Part shown: in pieces, positions 37,658 to 46,837 of the stretch | How the letters are laid out: each line of letters starts with the position of its first letter | Numbering within the stretch: position 1 is the first letter of the stretch | DNA from: Thermoanaerobaculia bacterium | Lineage (GTDB): Bacteria; Acidobacteriota; Thermoanaerobaculia; Multivoradales; UBA5704 | Direction: 5' to 3' | Length of the DNA stretch: 64,000 nt | Assembly (NCBI GenBank): GCA_036399915.1 | Contig: DASWME010000127.1 | Coordinates: forward strand, 14,305-78,304 | Position numbers and translations under genes: made by a program | The notes under the pieces: model-generated | What the model was told of the DNA's origin: nothing | The model's input: the letters and a program-made list of their open reading frames with translations, nothing else | Databases searched by the model: none

Positions 37658-38368
37658 TCAGGATCCGAGCAGGGCCTTGAAATTCCGGGCCACGGTGAGC
37701 AGTGGATCGACGATGCGCTTGCCCGAAAACCTTCCGGGATTCCGGGCGAGGAGCCGCTGGAGCAGATGGAGCTCCGTGCAACCGAAAATGACCCCTCCCG
37801 CCTCGTGTCCGGAAGCGAGCTCCTCCAGCCAGACAAGGAGAGCTTCGTCCGGCTCCTCCCTTTTCAGGAAGTAGAGCCGCTCGTGTAACTCGCGCTGCTC
37901 GCCGCCGTCGGGAAGGACGATCCACCGTTCGATCTCACCCCACCGCTCGTGCTGCTCGAAGATGCGGGCGGTGCGCGTGCCTGTGGTGGCAAGCAGGAGG
38001 TACGGCTCGGGGACGGCGAGCACCTCGTCGATCACCAGGTCGATGAGCGAGATCACCTTCCGCCGCAAGGGCTCCGGCACGCGGGGGAGCACGTGGTGGA
38101 CCGTCACGCAGGCGATCACGATGCGGTCCGCGCCGAGCGACGACAGGTCCTCAAGGGCGCGGGAGAGCCGGGCGAGGAGCTCGTCGGTGGAGCCCTCCAG
38201 GATCGCCCGCGTGCGGTCCGGGATCGAGGGGTCCGACAGCAGCACGCAGGGGGGAGCGTCCTGCTCGAGCTCGGAGATGTGCAGCGCGTAGAGAGTGCGG
38301 AGGAACTCCGCCGAGGCGAGCGGTCCCATGCCGCCCAGGATTCCCAACATCCTCGTCTTCTTACTCAT
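37658..38368 (-). CDS. Aspartate/glutamate racemase family protein.
   Basis: Motif MLGILGGMGPLAS and the second catalytic Cys region GCTELH. Confidence 0.8.
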   Translation of the reverse strand: MSKKTRMLGILGGMGPLASAEFLRTLYALHISELEQDAPPCVLLSDPSIPDRTRAILEGSTDELLARLSRALEDLSSLGADRIVIACVTVHHVLPRVPEPLRRKVISLIDLVIDEVLAVPEPYLLLATTGTRTARIFEQHERWGEIERWIVLPDGGEQRELHERLYFLKREEPDEALLVWLEELASGHEAGGVIFGCTELHLLQRLLARNPGRFSGKRIVDPLLTVARNFKALLGS

Positions 38369-38676
38369 GAGGCCGCCTCACTCCTCCCGCCGCTTGCCTC
38401 GGGCCGGCGTTGCGGGAGCAGGCCGCGCAGCACGGTCCGAAGGGTCTGCAGGGGGCTGATCGAGGATTCCAGGGCGTCGAGAAGCCCCTGGTCGAACCGG
38501 TCCAAGGCATCGTCGTAGGCTTGGCTGGAGACGGAGTCGGGCTCCAGCAAGACCCTCAGCTTCCGGGCGCAGGACGGGCAGCCTTTGACCAGGTGCGCGA
38601 CAACGGCCTTGCTCTCCTCGCGCGAGGCCTTTCCCGTGGCGAAGCGCTTCAGGGTCTCTTCCGAGGGGTGATCCAT
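38365..38676 (-). CDS. Small putative zinc-finger (zf-HC2-like) regulatory protein.
   Basis: Motif HLVKGCPSCARK. 103 aa. It overlaps the racemase start by 4 nt. Confidence 0.45.
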   Translation of the reverse strand: MDHPSEETLKRFATGKASREESKAVVAHLVKGCPSCARKLRVLLEPDSVSSQAYDDALDRFDQGLLDALESSISPLQTLRTVLRGLLPQRRPEASGGRSEAAS

Positions 38677-38713
38677 TGGATGTCCTCCCCGCCCGCCGAG
38701 GGCTCATGCTCTG

Positions 38714-39385
38714 TCACCATAATAAAGGTGACCCCGGAAGGACATCCATTTCAGCTCGGTCGCAAGGACCAGCGATGCCGGACGGCCTCACTGGCACGAA
38801 TAGCCGTAGCCGGAGCAGCAGGCCGTTCCGGTGCAGGAGGTCGTGATCATATTCCGCTGGTCGCGGGAGTAGTCGTTGTTCCTGGCTTCCAGGGCGCCGG
38901 GCTCGCGCAGCTCGTCGGCGCGGCGACTCGATCTGCTCGGGCACGATGTTGGTGGAGGTGTCCGTCTTGTAGACGTCCACCAGGGGGACCGTGGTACTGA
39001 CCGTGATCGTCTCGGTCACCGCAGGGCTCAGCGTGGCGCGCACCTGGACCGTCTGGCCCACCCGCAGCGCGATGCCGTCCTGGCTGACGGGCGAGAACCC
39101 CTGCAGGTCGAACTCGGCCTTGTAGGCGCCGGGCGGCAGCGCCGGCAGGGTCGCCGTGCCCTGCTCGCCGGTCACCTCGGTGCGGGTCAGACCCGTCTCC
39201 GTGTTCTGCAGCGTCACCGTGACCCCGGGTAGGGGCACGCCGTCGGTGCCGGTGACCAGGACCTCGACGCTCGCGGTGCTGACCTGGGCGGCGAGGCGCC
39301 CCGTTCCCACGATGGTCATGACGAGAGCAAGCGCCAGCGCGAGAAAGGCGGCCCGGCCGCGCGACTGAAGCTCCTTCTTGCTCAT
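38714..39385 (-). pseudogene. N-terminal carboxypeptidase-regulatory-like domain of a TonB-dependent-receptor-type protein. It is truncated or frameshifted after about 150 aa.
   Basis: Signal peptide plus QVSTASVEVLVTGTDGVPLPGVTVTLQNTETGLTRTEVTGEQGTATLPALPPGAYKAEFDLQGFSPV... matches the N-terminal domain of acidobacterial TonB receptors. No plug or barrel follows, and after IVPEQIES the frame turns into R/A/P junk. The start overlaps the TetR stop (ATGA). Confidence 0.45.
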
Positions 39386-40065
39386 GATTCTCTCCTCGCG
39401 TCCACAGGGGACGCCGACAATCCATGACTCTGTTCATCCCGCGGATCGAGGCCGCGGCGCAGGATCTTCGCGAACTCGTGGACCGCCTGGCGCGAGTCCA
39501 GGCCGAAGTGCATGGGCACGCCGAAACACTTCTCGACGGTGAAGAAATAGAAGAACCAGCGGTTGGCGAGCATCACGCCCACCAGGGGGTCCACCTCGCC
39601 CAGCTCGCCCGCCTCCTGGCGCGCCTTGAGGCTCTCGGAGCAGGCGGCGGCGAAGCGGTCCGCCATCCGCTGGTAGAAGGCCCGGATGTGCTTGCCCTTG
39701 AACTCGATGACGTCGATGTAGATAAGCAGGATGTGGGCGGAGTTCTCGGCGACGACCTGCTCGATGGCGGCGGCCATCTCCTCCAGGTCTTCCGGGAAAC
39801 GGGCGCGGCTGAAGATCCTGTTGAGCGGCAGCTCCGGATCGAGCAGCACCTCCCAGTACTGGTCGATCAGGCGCTGGAAGATCTCCTCCTTGCCGCCGAA
39901 GTGGTGGTAGAGGTTGCCCACCGAGAGCCCCGACCGCCGGGCGATCTGCCGCATGGTGGTGGCCCGGAAGCCCTGCCGGGAAAACAGCGACAGCGCCGCC
40001 TTCAGGACCTTGCGCGTCGAGGCGCCGGACTTGTCCGCCTGGGTCTTGCGTCTCGGCATGTCCAT
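39382..40065 (-). CDS. TetR/AcrR family transcriptional regulator.
   Basis: HTH STRKVLKAALSLFSRQGFRATTMRQIARRSGLSVGNLYHHF. Start at Met MDMPRRK. Confidence 0.85.
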   Translation of the reverse strand: MDMPRRKTQADKSGASTRKVLKAALSLFSRQGFRATTMRQIARRSGLSVGNLYHHFGGKEEIFQRLIDQYWEVLLDPELPLNRIFSRARFPEDLEEMAAAIEQVVAENSAHILLIYIDVIEFKGKHIRAFYQRMADRFAAACSESLKARQEAGELGEVDPLVGVMLANRWFFYFFTVEKCFGVPMHFGLDSRQAVHEFAKILRRGLDPRDEQSHGLSASPVDARRES

Positions 40066-40302
40066 CCCCAAAACAGAACGACTGTTTACAGAACGTCTGT
40101 TCGGTTTTCGGATGCTAAGACCCAAGACGGGAGAATGTCAAGGGTTGGCGGGCTCCCGCGCTCGATCGACCGCGCCTCGGATTTCGTGTCAGGGTCACGC
40201 TTCCCTTGCCAGCCGGCACCTATAGCCTGGACGGCAAAACTGCAATTGCTGGTGGTAAGAATCTTCGCAGAATTTCACTTTTCCCTTCAAGGAGAAATCC
40301 GT

Positions 40303-43300
40303 ATGCGCCGGACGTTCCCAGGCAAGAGGTCCTTCGTGCTCACCATCGCGGCCGCCTCGCTGGCGGTGCTCGCGCTCGCTCACGGGGCGGCCGCAGCCCC
40401 GGCAGGAAGATCGGAGACGGCCGGCAACTACGACGCGCGGGTGATGGGAGGGCGGGGCCTGGGCGAAGTCCTCGCGGAGAGCTTCGCGGTGCCGCTGAAG
40501 GGCGCGCCCACCCGGACGCAGCTCGCCGGACAGATCAAGACCATGCGGCGGGCGCTCGAGCGCCTGCAGAAGACCGCCCCCGGGGCTTCCGCCCGCTTCT
40601 CGCCGATCACCGCGGCCCCCGAAATGGTGTCGGGCGACCGGGCGCCGCTCTCCGCTCCGGCTTCCGGCCGCCTGGGGATCGACATCGTGCGCGACTTCCT
40701 GCGCGCCAACAGTGCCCTCTATGGGCTGACCGGGGCCGACGTCGACGCGCTGCACTTCCTCGGCGAGAGCGTCAGCTCGAAGAGCGGTCTGCGCATGGTG
40801 CGGGTCGAGCAACGTCTCAACGGCCTGCCCGTGTTCGAGAGCGAGACGCGGTTCATCCTCGACCGTGAGGGCCGGGTCTGGCGCTCGCTGGGTCTCCTGG
40901 TGCCGTCGGGAGCCACGGCCCCCGTGCCTCCCCGGCAGCCGCAGGTCTCCGCTCCGGAAGCCCTGGCGCGGGCCATGAGCTCCGTGGGCATCGATCTCGA
41001 CGTTTCCCGCATGCGGAGCGAGACCAAGAGCGCCGCGCCCGCCGAGGACCGGATCGTGGTCCGCGACGAGCGGATCGCCGGCGAGGTGAGGAGCGATCTC
41101 GTCTACTTCCCGGTGGCGCCCGGCCGATTGGTGCCCGCCTGGAGGCAGATCGCGTTCACGGTCGGCGATGACGACTGGTTCACGCTGGTGGACGCAGCGA
41201 CCGGCGTCGTCCTCTGGCGCAAGGATGTCCGCGAGCACGTCTCGACCCAGCAGGCGCGCTTCAGCGTCTACGTCCAGGGCGACGGCGTCACGCCGGCGGA
41301 CAGTCCGGCGCCGCACTCTCCCACCACCGTGACGCCGGGCGCGGGAACGCAGTTCCCGGGGATCGCCCGCGCCATCGTGGACATGTCGGCCGCCCAGGAC
41401 ATCACCGCCAGCCCCGACGGCTGGATCCCGGACGGCGGCACCACCACGACCGGCAACAACGTCGACGCCTGCGTCGACCGCATCGTCACTCCCGTGGCCA
41501 CGGAGAGGAACGTCTGCGACATCGGCACGATCGACAACAACGGGCGGCCGGTGGGCAACCCGGACGCCAACGGCAAGAATCGCGACTTCCTGGGCGCCAC
41601 CCCGCGCGACTTCAGCTACTCGCCGGCGCCGTTGGGGGGCAACCCGAACGCCGGGGACGAACCCACCGGCACGGGCACGACGCAGGTCAACTTCCGGCGC
41701 GGCAGCGTCACCCAGGCCTTCTACGTCGCCAACTGGTATCACGACCGGCTCTTCAACCTCGGCTTCGACGAGGCCGCCGGCAACTTCCAGAACACCAACT
41801 TCAGCGGCATGGGCGTGGGGAACGACCGCCTCCGGGTCGACGTCCAGGACGGTCAGGGGCAGAACGTCCCCAGCTTCTCGACGCCTCCGGACGGGGCTTC
41901 CGGCCGCCTGACCCTGCACCGCTTCATCGAACCGGTCCCGGACCGCGACAGCGCCCTCGATGCCGACATCATCATCCACGAGCTGACCCACGGCACCACC
42001 AACCGGCTGATCGGCAACGCCGGCGGGCTCACCTGGAGCGTCGGCCGCGCCCTGGGCGAGGGCTGGAGCGACTTCTACGCCCTCGCCCTGCTCAACAACA
42101 CCAATGCCGACGACCCCGACGCCAACTACGCCTTCGGGGCCTACACCAAGTACCAGAGCAACCATCTCACCGACAACTATCTCTACGGCCCGCGCCGCTA
42201 TCCCTACTCGACGGACAACACGGTCAACCCCCTGACCTGGGCGGACACCGACGACGTCACCGCGGACATCTCCGGCGGCATCGCCCCCAGCCCCCTGGGA
42301 GGCTCGATCAACGGCGGCCTCGACATCTTCAACGCCGGCGAGGTCTGGGCCCTATCGCTGTGGGAGGTGAGGAGCCGCATCATTGCCGACCCTGCGGGAG
42401 CCAACGGCGACGTGCCCACCGGCAACGCCACCATGCTCCAGCTCGTCACCGACGCGCTCAAAATGACTCCCTCCCACCCCAGCTTCACCGACGCCCGCGA
42501 CGCCCTGATCCTCGCCGACTGCGCCACCAACGGCTGCGCCAACGAGCGCTCGATCTGGGAAGGCTTCGCCGACCGCGGTCTGGGCTACGGCGCCGTCGCT
42601 CCCCTCGGCCAGGTGGGCTTCCTCAATATCGGCCACATGAGCCTCGGCGAGTCCTTCTCGCTTCCCCATCTCGACGTCGCCGCCAGCACGGCGGATGACG
42701 TCCTGGGCAACAAGAACGGTGCGATCGATCCCGGCGAGATCATCCGGGTTGCGGTCCAGTTGGCCAACCCCTGGCGCAATCCTGCTTACGCCGTGCAGAA
42801 AGCCAAAGCTACCCTGACCTCCTCGACGCTGGGAGTGACGATCCTCGACCGCGTCGCCACCTACCGCGCCCTCCCCGGCCAGGACCTCGCCGCGACCAAC
42901 GGGTTCCTGTTCAAGGTCTCGACCGGCGCCGTCTGCGGTCAGTCGCTGAAGTTCACCCTCACCACCGAGAGCTCGCTCGGCACCGCCACGGCCGATTTCA
43001 CCCTGCGCGTGGGCGCCCCTGCGGGCACCGGCGCGCCGGTAATCTTCACGCGGACGATCTCTCCCGGCCTGGCCATCCCCGACGGCGACCGGCGCGGCGT
43101 CGTCGACACCTTGACGGTCACCGACGACCTCGAGATCGCCGACCTCGACTTCCGGGTGGACGACCTCCAGCACACCTTCACCGGCGATCTCACCGTGCTC
43201 CTGAAAGCCCCCAACGGCTACGGCACCGACCTCATCTGGATGCGCGAGGCCGGCTTGCTGGGCGGCGGCGACGGCGACAACTTCATCGACCCGGTGATCG

Positions 43301-43596
43301 ATGACGAGTCGAGAAACGACCTCAACCAGTCGTCGGATACCGACGCACCCTACACCGGCCATTGGGCGCCAGCCTTCAACTCCCAGATCTGGCGGCTGTT
43401 CGCCAGCCCGGCGATCTTCCCCGACCCCGTCGGCCAGCTCTCACGTCTTGACGGCACGAATACCCAGGGGCCCTGGAAAGTCCTGGTCGCCGACATCTTC
43501 GGCCCCGAAACCGGCACGCTCAACTCATGGTCCCTGATCGTGACCCCGACGGCTTTCACCTGCAAGGCCTTCGCGCCGGGCGCCGACCAGCGATGA
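40303..43596 (+). CDS. Secreted M36 (fungalysin) family zinc metalloprotease with an N-terminal propeptide and a C-terminal proprotein-convertase P-domain (about 1098 aa).
   Basis: An AAGGAGA ribosome-binding site lies 8 nt upstream of ATG 40303. Signal peptide MRRTFPGKRSFVLTIAAASLAVLALAHGAAAAP. Zinc motif IIIHELTHGTTNR with a downstream EGWSD, and a C-terminal P-domain-like region. The 1390-aa track ORF has an artefactual 5' extension. Confidence 0.85.
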   Translation: MRRTFPGKRSFVLTIAAASLAVLALAHGAAAAPAGRSETAGNYDARVMGGRGLGEVLAESFAVPLKGAPTRTQLAGQIKTMRRALERLQKTAPGASARFSPITAAPEMVSGDRAPLSAPASGRLGIDIVRDFLRANSALYGLTGADVDALHFLGESVSSKSGLRMVRVEQRLNGLPVFESETRFILDREGRVWRSLGLLVPSGATAPVPPRQPQVSAPEALARAMSSVGIDLDVSRMRSETKSAAPAEDRIVVRDERIAGEVRSDLVYFPVAPGRLVPAWRQIAFTVGDDDWFTLVDAATGVVLWRKDVREHVSTQQARFSVYVQGDGVTPADSPAPHSPTTVTPGAGTQFPGIARAIVDMSAAQDITASPDGWIPDGGTTTTGNNVDACVDRIVTPVATERNVCDIGTIDNNGRPVGNPDANGKNRDFLGATPRDFSYSPAPLGGNPNAGDEPTGTGTTQVNFRRGSVTQAFYVANWYHDRLFNLGFDEAAGNFQNTNFSGMGVGNDRLRVDVQDGQGQNVPSFSTPPDGASGRLTLHRFIEPVPDRDSALDADIIIHELTHGTTNRLIGNAGGLTWSVGRALGEGWSDFYALALLNNTNADDPDANYAFGAYTKYQSNHLTDNYLYGPRRYPYSTDNTVNPLTWADTDDVTADISGGIAPSPLGGSINGGLDIFNAGEVWALSLWEVRSRIIADPAGANGDVPTGNATMLQLVTDALKMTPSHPSFTDARDALILADCATNGCANERSIWEGFADRGLGYGAVAPLGQVGFLNIGHMSLGESFSLPHLDVAASTADDVLGNKNGAIDPGEIIRVAVQLANPWRNPAYAVQKAKATLTSSTLGVTILDRVATYRALPGQDLAATNGFLFKVSTGAVCGQSLKFTLTTESSLGTATADFTLRVGAPAGTGAPVIFTRTISPGLAIPDGDRRGVVDTLTVTDDLEIADLDFRVDDLQHTFTGDLTVLLKAPNGYGTDLIWMREAGLLGGGDGDNFIDPVIDDESRNDLNQSSDTDAPYTGHWAPAFNSQIWRLFASPAIFPDPVGQLSRLDGTNTQGPWKVLVADIFGPETGTLNSWSLIVTPTAFTCKAFAPGADQR

Positions 43597-43683
43597 GTCG
43601 TCCGACCCAACGAGAGGCTCGCTTCAGCGTCCAGTGGGCACCATTACTGACGTATGCAGTTGCTATCAGAAAGGAGTAGAAGC

Positions 43684-44031
43684 ATGAAGAGAACTGTCCT
43701 GCTGGGTGCCCTGCTGGTGGCCGTCCTTGCCTGTAGCTTGGCGCTCTCCACCCCCACACCCCTCCATGCTCTCCGGTGCTGCGACTACGGCGGTTACAGC
43801 ACCTCGCAGCACTGGGTGATGAAGCCCACGTGCTCAGAGGCCCAGTCGGCCTTCCGGGCTGAAGCACTGCCGGAGGCGCAGGCCTTCTGTAACCCCGACT
43901 TCGCCTGCGCCATCACGATCCCTGGCTGCTACACGTTCACCGATGAAAACGGCGTACTATGGTACGTGGTGGACGGATGGATGTACTTCGGCTGCACGTA
44001 TTACTGCGAGCGCGAACCGTATCTGCAGTAG
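43684..44031 (+). CDS. Small secreted cysteine-rich protein (eight Cys in about 90 mature aa), paralogue A.
   Basis: AAAGGAG ribosome-binding site. Signal peptide MKRTVLLGALLVAVLACSLALSTP. Conserved pattern CCDYGGYSTSQHWVM..TCSEAQSAFR...IPGCY...VVDGWMYFGC..YC. Confidence 0.65.
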   Translation: MKRTVLLGALLVAVLACSLALSTPTPLHALRCCDYGGYSTSQHWVMKPTCSEAQSAFRAEALPEAQAFCNPDFACAITIPGCYTFTDENGVLWYVVDGWMYFGCTYYCEREPYLQ

Positions 44032-44054
44032 CCCTGCAGAGCTGAGGAGCCCCT

Positions 44055-44100
44055 GGGACGCCCCGCTTCGTTGAGCAGCGCGGGCGTCCCCCGCCGGGGC
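44055..44100. terminator. Bidirectional terminator hairpin between convergent genes.
   Basis: Hairpin GGGACGCCCCGC-ttcgttgagca-GCGGGCGTCCC. Confidence 0.55.
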
Positions 44101-44355
44101 TTACTGCTTCTCCGCCACCTTCTCCAGCTTCCGCGGCTTGGCCTTGCCAGGGACGACACCGTCGCCGATGCGGTTCTTGGCCGATACCTGGGCGGAGTAG
44201 TTGGCTTCCACCCGCTTGAGCTCGTCGCTCTTCAGGTGGCACCTCTTGTACTTCTTCCCGCTCCCGCACCAGCAGAGGTCGTTGCGGCCGAGCTCGGCCT
44301 GCGGCCCTCGGGGGCGGGAGGCGAACAGATTGCGAAACCAGCTTGCCAGGGACAC
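44101..44355 (-). CDS. SEC-C metal-binding motif protein (84 aa).
   Basis: Motif NDLCWCGSGKKYKRCH. Confidence 0.7.
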   Translation of the reverse strand: MSLASWFRNLFASRPRGPQAELGRNDLCWCGSGKKYKRCHLKSDELKRVEANYSAQVSAKNRIGDGVVPGKAKPRKLEKVAEKQ

Positions 44356-44415
44356 GACAATCTCCAGTCTTGAAAGGTTCGTTGTGGTAAGGACGCGAAC
44401 GGCCGGACGGTCGGG

Positions 44416-45021
44416 CTACGGCACCTTCAGCAGGTCGACCACCCGCTTGACGCCCGCGGTCTCCCGGGCCGCCCTCAGGGCCAGGGACTTGCGCTCCGGG
44501 TCCGGGAGCGTGCCGCGCAGGCTCACCACCCCCTCGGTCGCCTCGACCTCGAGGTCCAGGGCGTAGCGGCCGATCTCTCCCAACAGATTCTTGCCGACCC
44601 GCATTTCGAGGATCGCGTCGTCCACCTCGCGCTCAGTGTGGCCGACGGCCTTGCCCACGGCGGTGCTCTCGGGAGTCTCTTCGCGCGCGGAGAGCTGGTT
44701 GTCCACGCTCTGGACGCCCGGGACCGCCTTGGCGACCTCCTCGGCCAACTCCTGGGTCGAGCGCTTGTCGACCGCGCCGATCAGGCGGATCCGTCCCGCG
44801 CGCGCATCCACCGTCACCCCGAGCCCGTCATCGCCAAGCTTCTCCAGCAGGGCCATGCGGACGTCGGCCTCCAGCCGGGCGTCCACCACGTCCTGCTCCC
44901 GGATGGCCTCATCCTCCGCCTGCGAGCGGGGGGTAGGGACGGTTGAGGCGCAGGCGCCGGCAAAGAAGGCGAAAGCCAGTGCAGCAGTCAGGATTAGCGA
45001 AGAAATCTTCGTCGCTCTCAT
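44416..45021 (-). CDS. BON-domain (OsmY-like) periplasmic lipoprotein or secreted protein.
   Basis: Start MRATKISSLILTAALAFAFFAGACAS. Two BON-like segments (VDARAGRIRLIGAVDKRSTQELAEEVAKAVPGVQSV, LEVEATEGVVSLRGTLPDPERKSLALRAARETAGVKRV). Confidence 0.75.
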   Translation of the reverse strand: MRATKISSLILTAALAFAFFAGACASTVPTPRSQAEDEAIREQDVVDARLEADVRMALLEKLGDDGLGVTVDARAGRIRLIGAVDKRSTQELAEEVAKAVPGVQSVDNQLSAREETPESTAVGKAVGHTEREVDDAILEMRVGKNLLGEIGRYALDLEVEATEGVVSLRGTLPDPERKSLALRAARETAGVKRVVDLLKVP

Positions 45022-45131
45022 CAACGAGCCTCGATCCGTTCCGAAGACTACCATGGCCCGGGCACGACTCGCCGAGGCTCCGCACAAGCACATTGATTTA
45101 TGGAGGAAGGTTATAGAGAAAGGAGAAGACA

Positions 45132-45455
45132 ATGAACAGAACCGCTCGCCTAGGTGCTCTGCTGGTGGCTGTCCTCGCGTGCACGCTGGCGCTCTCGACG
45201 CCTAGACCGGCCTATACTTTCCAGTGCTGCGAAGGTTTCTACAGCACTAGCCAGTATTGGGTCATGGAGGCTACCTGCTCGGAGGCCCAGACGGCTTTCC
45301 GGGTTGCGGCGATGCCGGAGGCCGAGGCCAATTGCGGCGGCGGAGACGTCTGTGGGGTCTCGATTCCCGGCTGCTATGCCTCGGGCAACATGTGGGTGGT
45401 GGACGGGTTCATGTACCATGGCTGCATCGAGCGGTGCGGCCCGCCGCCGGTGTAG
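45132..45455 (+). CDS. Small secreted cysteine-rich protein, paralogue B of the protein at 43684..44031.
   Basis: AAAGGAGAAG ribosome-binding site. Signal peptide MNRTARLGALLVAVLACTLALSTP. The motifs CCEGFYSTSQYWVM..TCSEAQTAFR...IPGCY..VVDGFMYHGC..C are shared with paralogue A. Confidence 0.65.
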   Translation: MNRTARLGALLVAVLACTLALSTPRPAYTFQCCEGFYSTSQYWVMEATCSEAQTAFRVAAMPEAEANCGGGDVCGVSIPGCYASGNMWVVDGFMYHGCIERCGPPPV

Positions 45456-45483
45456 GCCCTCCCCCGTAGCGCGGGACCTGGAG

Positions 45484-45514
45484 AAAGCCTGCCTCCGAAG
45501 CGGGCTTTCTTTTC
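45484..45514 (+). terminator. Rho-independent terminator after paralogue B.
   Basis: Hairpin GAAAGCC...GGCTTTC followed by TTTT. Confidence 0.5.
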
Positions 45515-45523
45515 CCGCCGCCG

Positions 45524-46837
45524 TCAGGCTCCCGGCACCCAGCACACCACGGCCGTCCCCCCGCCCTCCCGGCGCTCGATGCGGAGGCGGCCGCCGTGGG
45601 CCTCGACGATCTCGCGGCAGAGCGGTAGGCCGAGGCCGGAGCCTCCCGGCTTCGAGGTATAGAAGGGCAGGAGCGCCTTCCGCATCACCTCGTCGGTCAT
45701 GCCGGCGCCACGGTCAAGAACGCGGAAGCGGACGCCGCCGTCGCCGAGGGCGTCCACGGCCAGCCTCACCTCCCCGGGCGGGCTTCCGGACTCGTGGGCG
45801 TTCTTGAGCAGGTTGATGAGGGCCTGCTGCATCTGGACCGGATCGAAGCGGCCGGGGAGAGTCGGCGGCTCTCCCTCCAGCTCGAAGGGGACGACCTGCC
45901 GCAGTCCGGCCAGGAAGCCGTCCCACTCCACCTCCCGCAGGTTCGGCTGCGGCAGGCGGGCGAAGCGGGCGTAGCCCTCCAGGAACTCCTTGAGGTGGCT
46001 GGAGCGCTCCTCGATGACGTCGAGGACCGAGGCGAGGCGGTCCGCGTGCTCGGGGCTCCCGGCCATCAGGCGCACGGAGCGGGCGAGCGAGGCGATGGGA
46101 GCGAGCGAGTTGTTGATCTCGTGCGAGAGGGTGCGGATGGCCCGTTTCCAGACGTCCACCTCCTGACGCCGCAGCTCGGGAGTGAGGCGCTTGACGAGAG
46201 TGAGGTCGTGCCGCCGGCCGTTCAGCTCGAAGGCGCGGCGGGCGAGGTGGAAGACCTCCTCCTCGCCGCCGCTCTCCAGGGAGAAGAGCGAGTCGCGCCC
46301 GCTCGCCAGCGCCTCGCGCAGCCCCTCCGGGCACTCCTCCAGGATCTCTCCGAACACCCGGCCTTCGAGGCGCCCGCGGGTGAAGAACACCTCCCGCGCC
46401 GCCCGGTTGGCGAAGACCACGCGGTCGCGTTCGTTGGTCAGCACGATGGCCATGGGGGTGGCCTCGAACACGGTCTGGAGCAGCATCTCCCGCTGGAGGA
46501 TGGCGCTGCGCTCGTCGCGCAGCACGTCGCCCACAGAGTTGTAGAGCCCCACCAGCTCGCCCAGCTCGTCCCCGCGGTCCACCGCCAGGTTCAGGCTGAA
46601 GTCGTGGTCGCGGAACCCCTGGACGCCGTCGCGCAGGGCCTGGAGCACCCGCGACGCCGGATGGAGGACCCGGTCGAGGATCCACCATCCCACCGGCAGG
46701 CCGAGGCAGACGGCGGCCAGGAGAACGGTCCAGGGGGAGGGAAACCAGTAGGCGGCCGCTACCGCGAAAGTGATCGCGGCGGCGAGCGCCGCGAGGAAGG
46801 CGAGGCGGACGCGGGTGGCAAAGCGGAGGGGCTTCAT
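45524..46837 (-). CDS. Sensor histidine kinase (TM, PAS-like, HisKA, HATPase).
   Basis: Start [26 protein letters not shown] overlaps the ntrC-like stop (ATGA). H-box LSHEINNSLAPI. N/G boxes LINLLKNAHES...DRGAGM...GGSGLGL. Confidence 0.85.
   Translation of the reverse strand: MKPLRFATRVRLAFLAALAAAITFAVAAAYWFPSPWTVLLAAVCLGLPVGWWILDRVLHPASRVLQALRDGVQGFRDHDFSLNLAVDRGDELGELVGLYNSVGDVLRDERSAILQREMLLQTVFEATPMAIVLTNERDRVVFANRAAREVFFTRGRLEGRVFGEILEECPEGLREALASGRDSLFSLESGGEEEVFHLARRAFELNGRRHDLTLVKRLTPELRRQEVDVWKRAIRTLSHEINNSLAPIASLARSVRLMAGSPEHADRLASVLDVIEERSSHLKEFLEGYARFARLPQPNLREVEWDGFLAGLRQVVPFELEGEPPTLPGRFDPVQMQQALINLLKNAHESGSPPGEVRLAVDALGDGGVRFRVLDRGAGMTDEVMRKALLPFYTSKPGGSGLGLPLCREIVEAHGGRLRIERREGGGTAVVCWVPGA

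Noticed and set aside
38788-38850. A 20-codon Met-initiated Cys-rich mini-ORF (MITTSCTGTACCSGYGYSCQ) in the alternate frame of the TonB-receptor fragment, considered as a stand-alone RiPP-like precursor.
   Set aside because: It has no ribosome-binding site and no longer in-frame start. The same frame continues protein-like upstream without a start codon, so a frameshift within the larger gene is the simpler explanation. This is reported under the 38714..39385 finding.
39424-40302. The 5' extension of the 1390-aa ORF containing the M36 protease.
   Set aside because: The extension is antisense to the TetR gene and translates to junk. A strong AAGGAGA ribosome-binding site and a signal peptide begin at ATG 40303.
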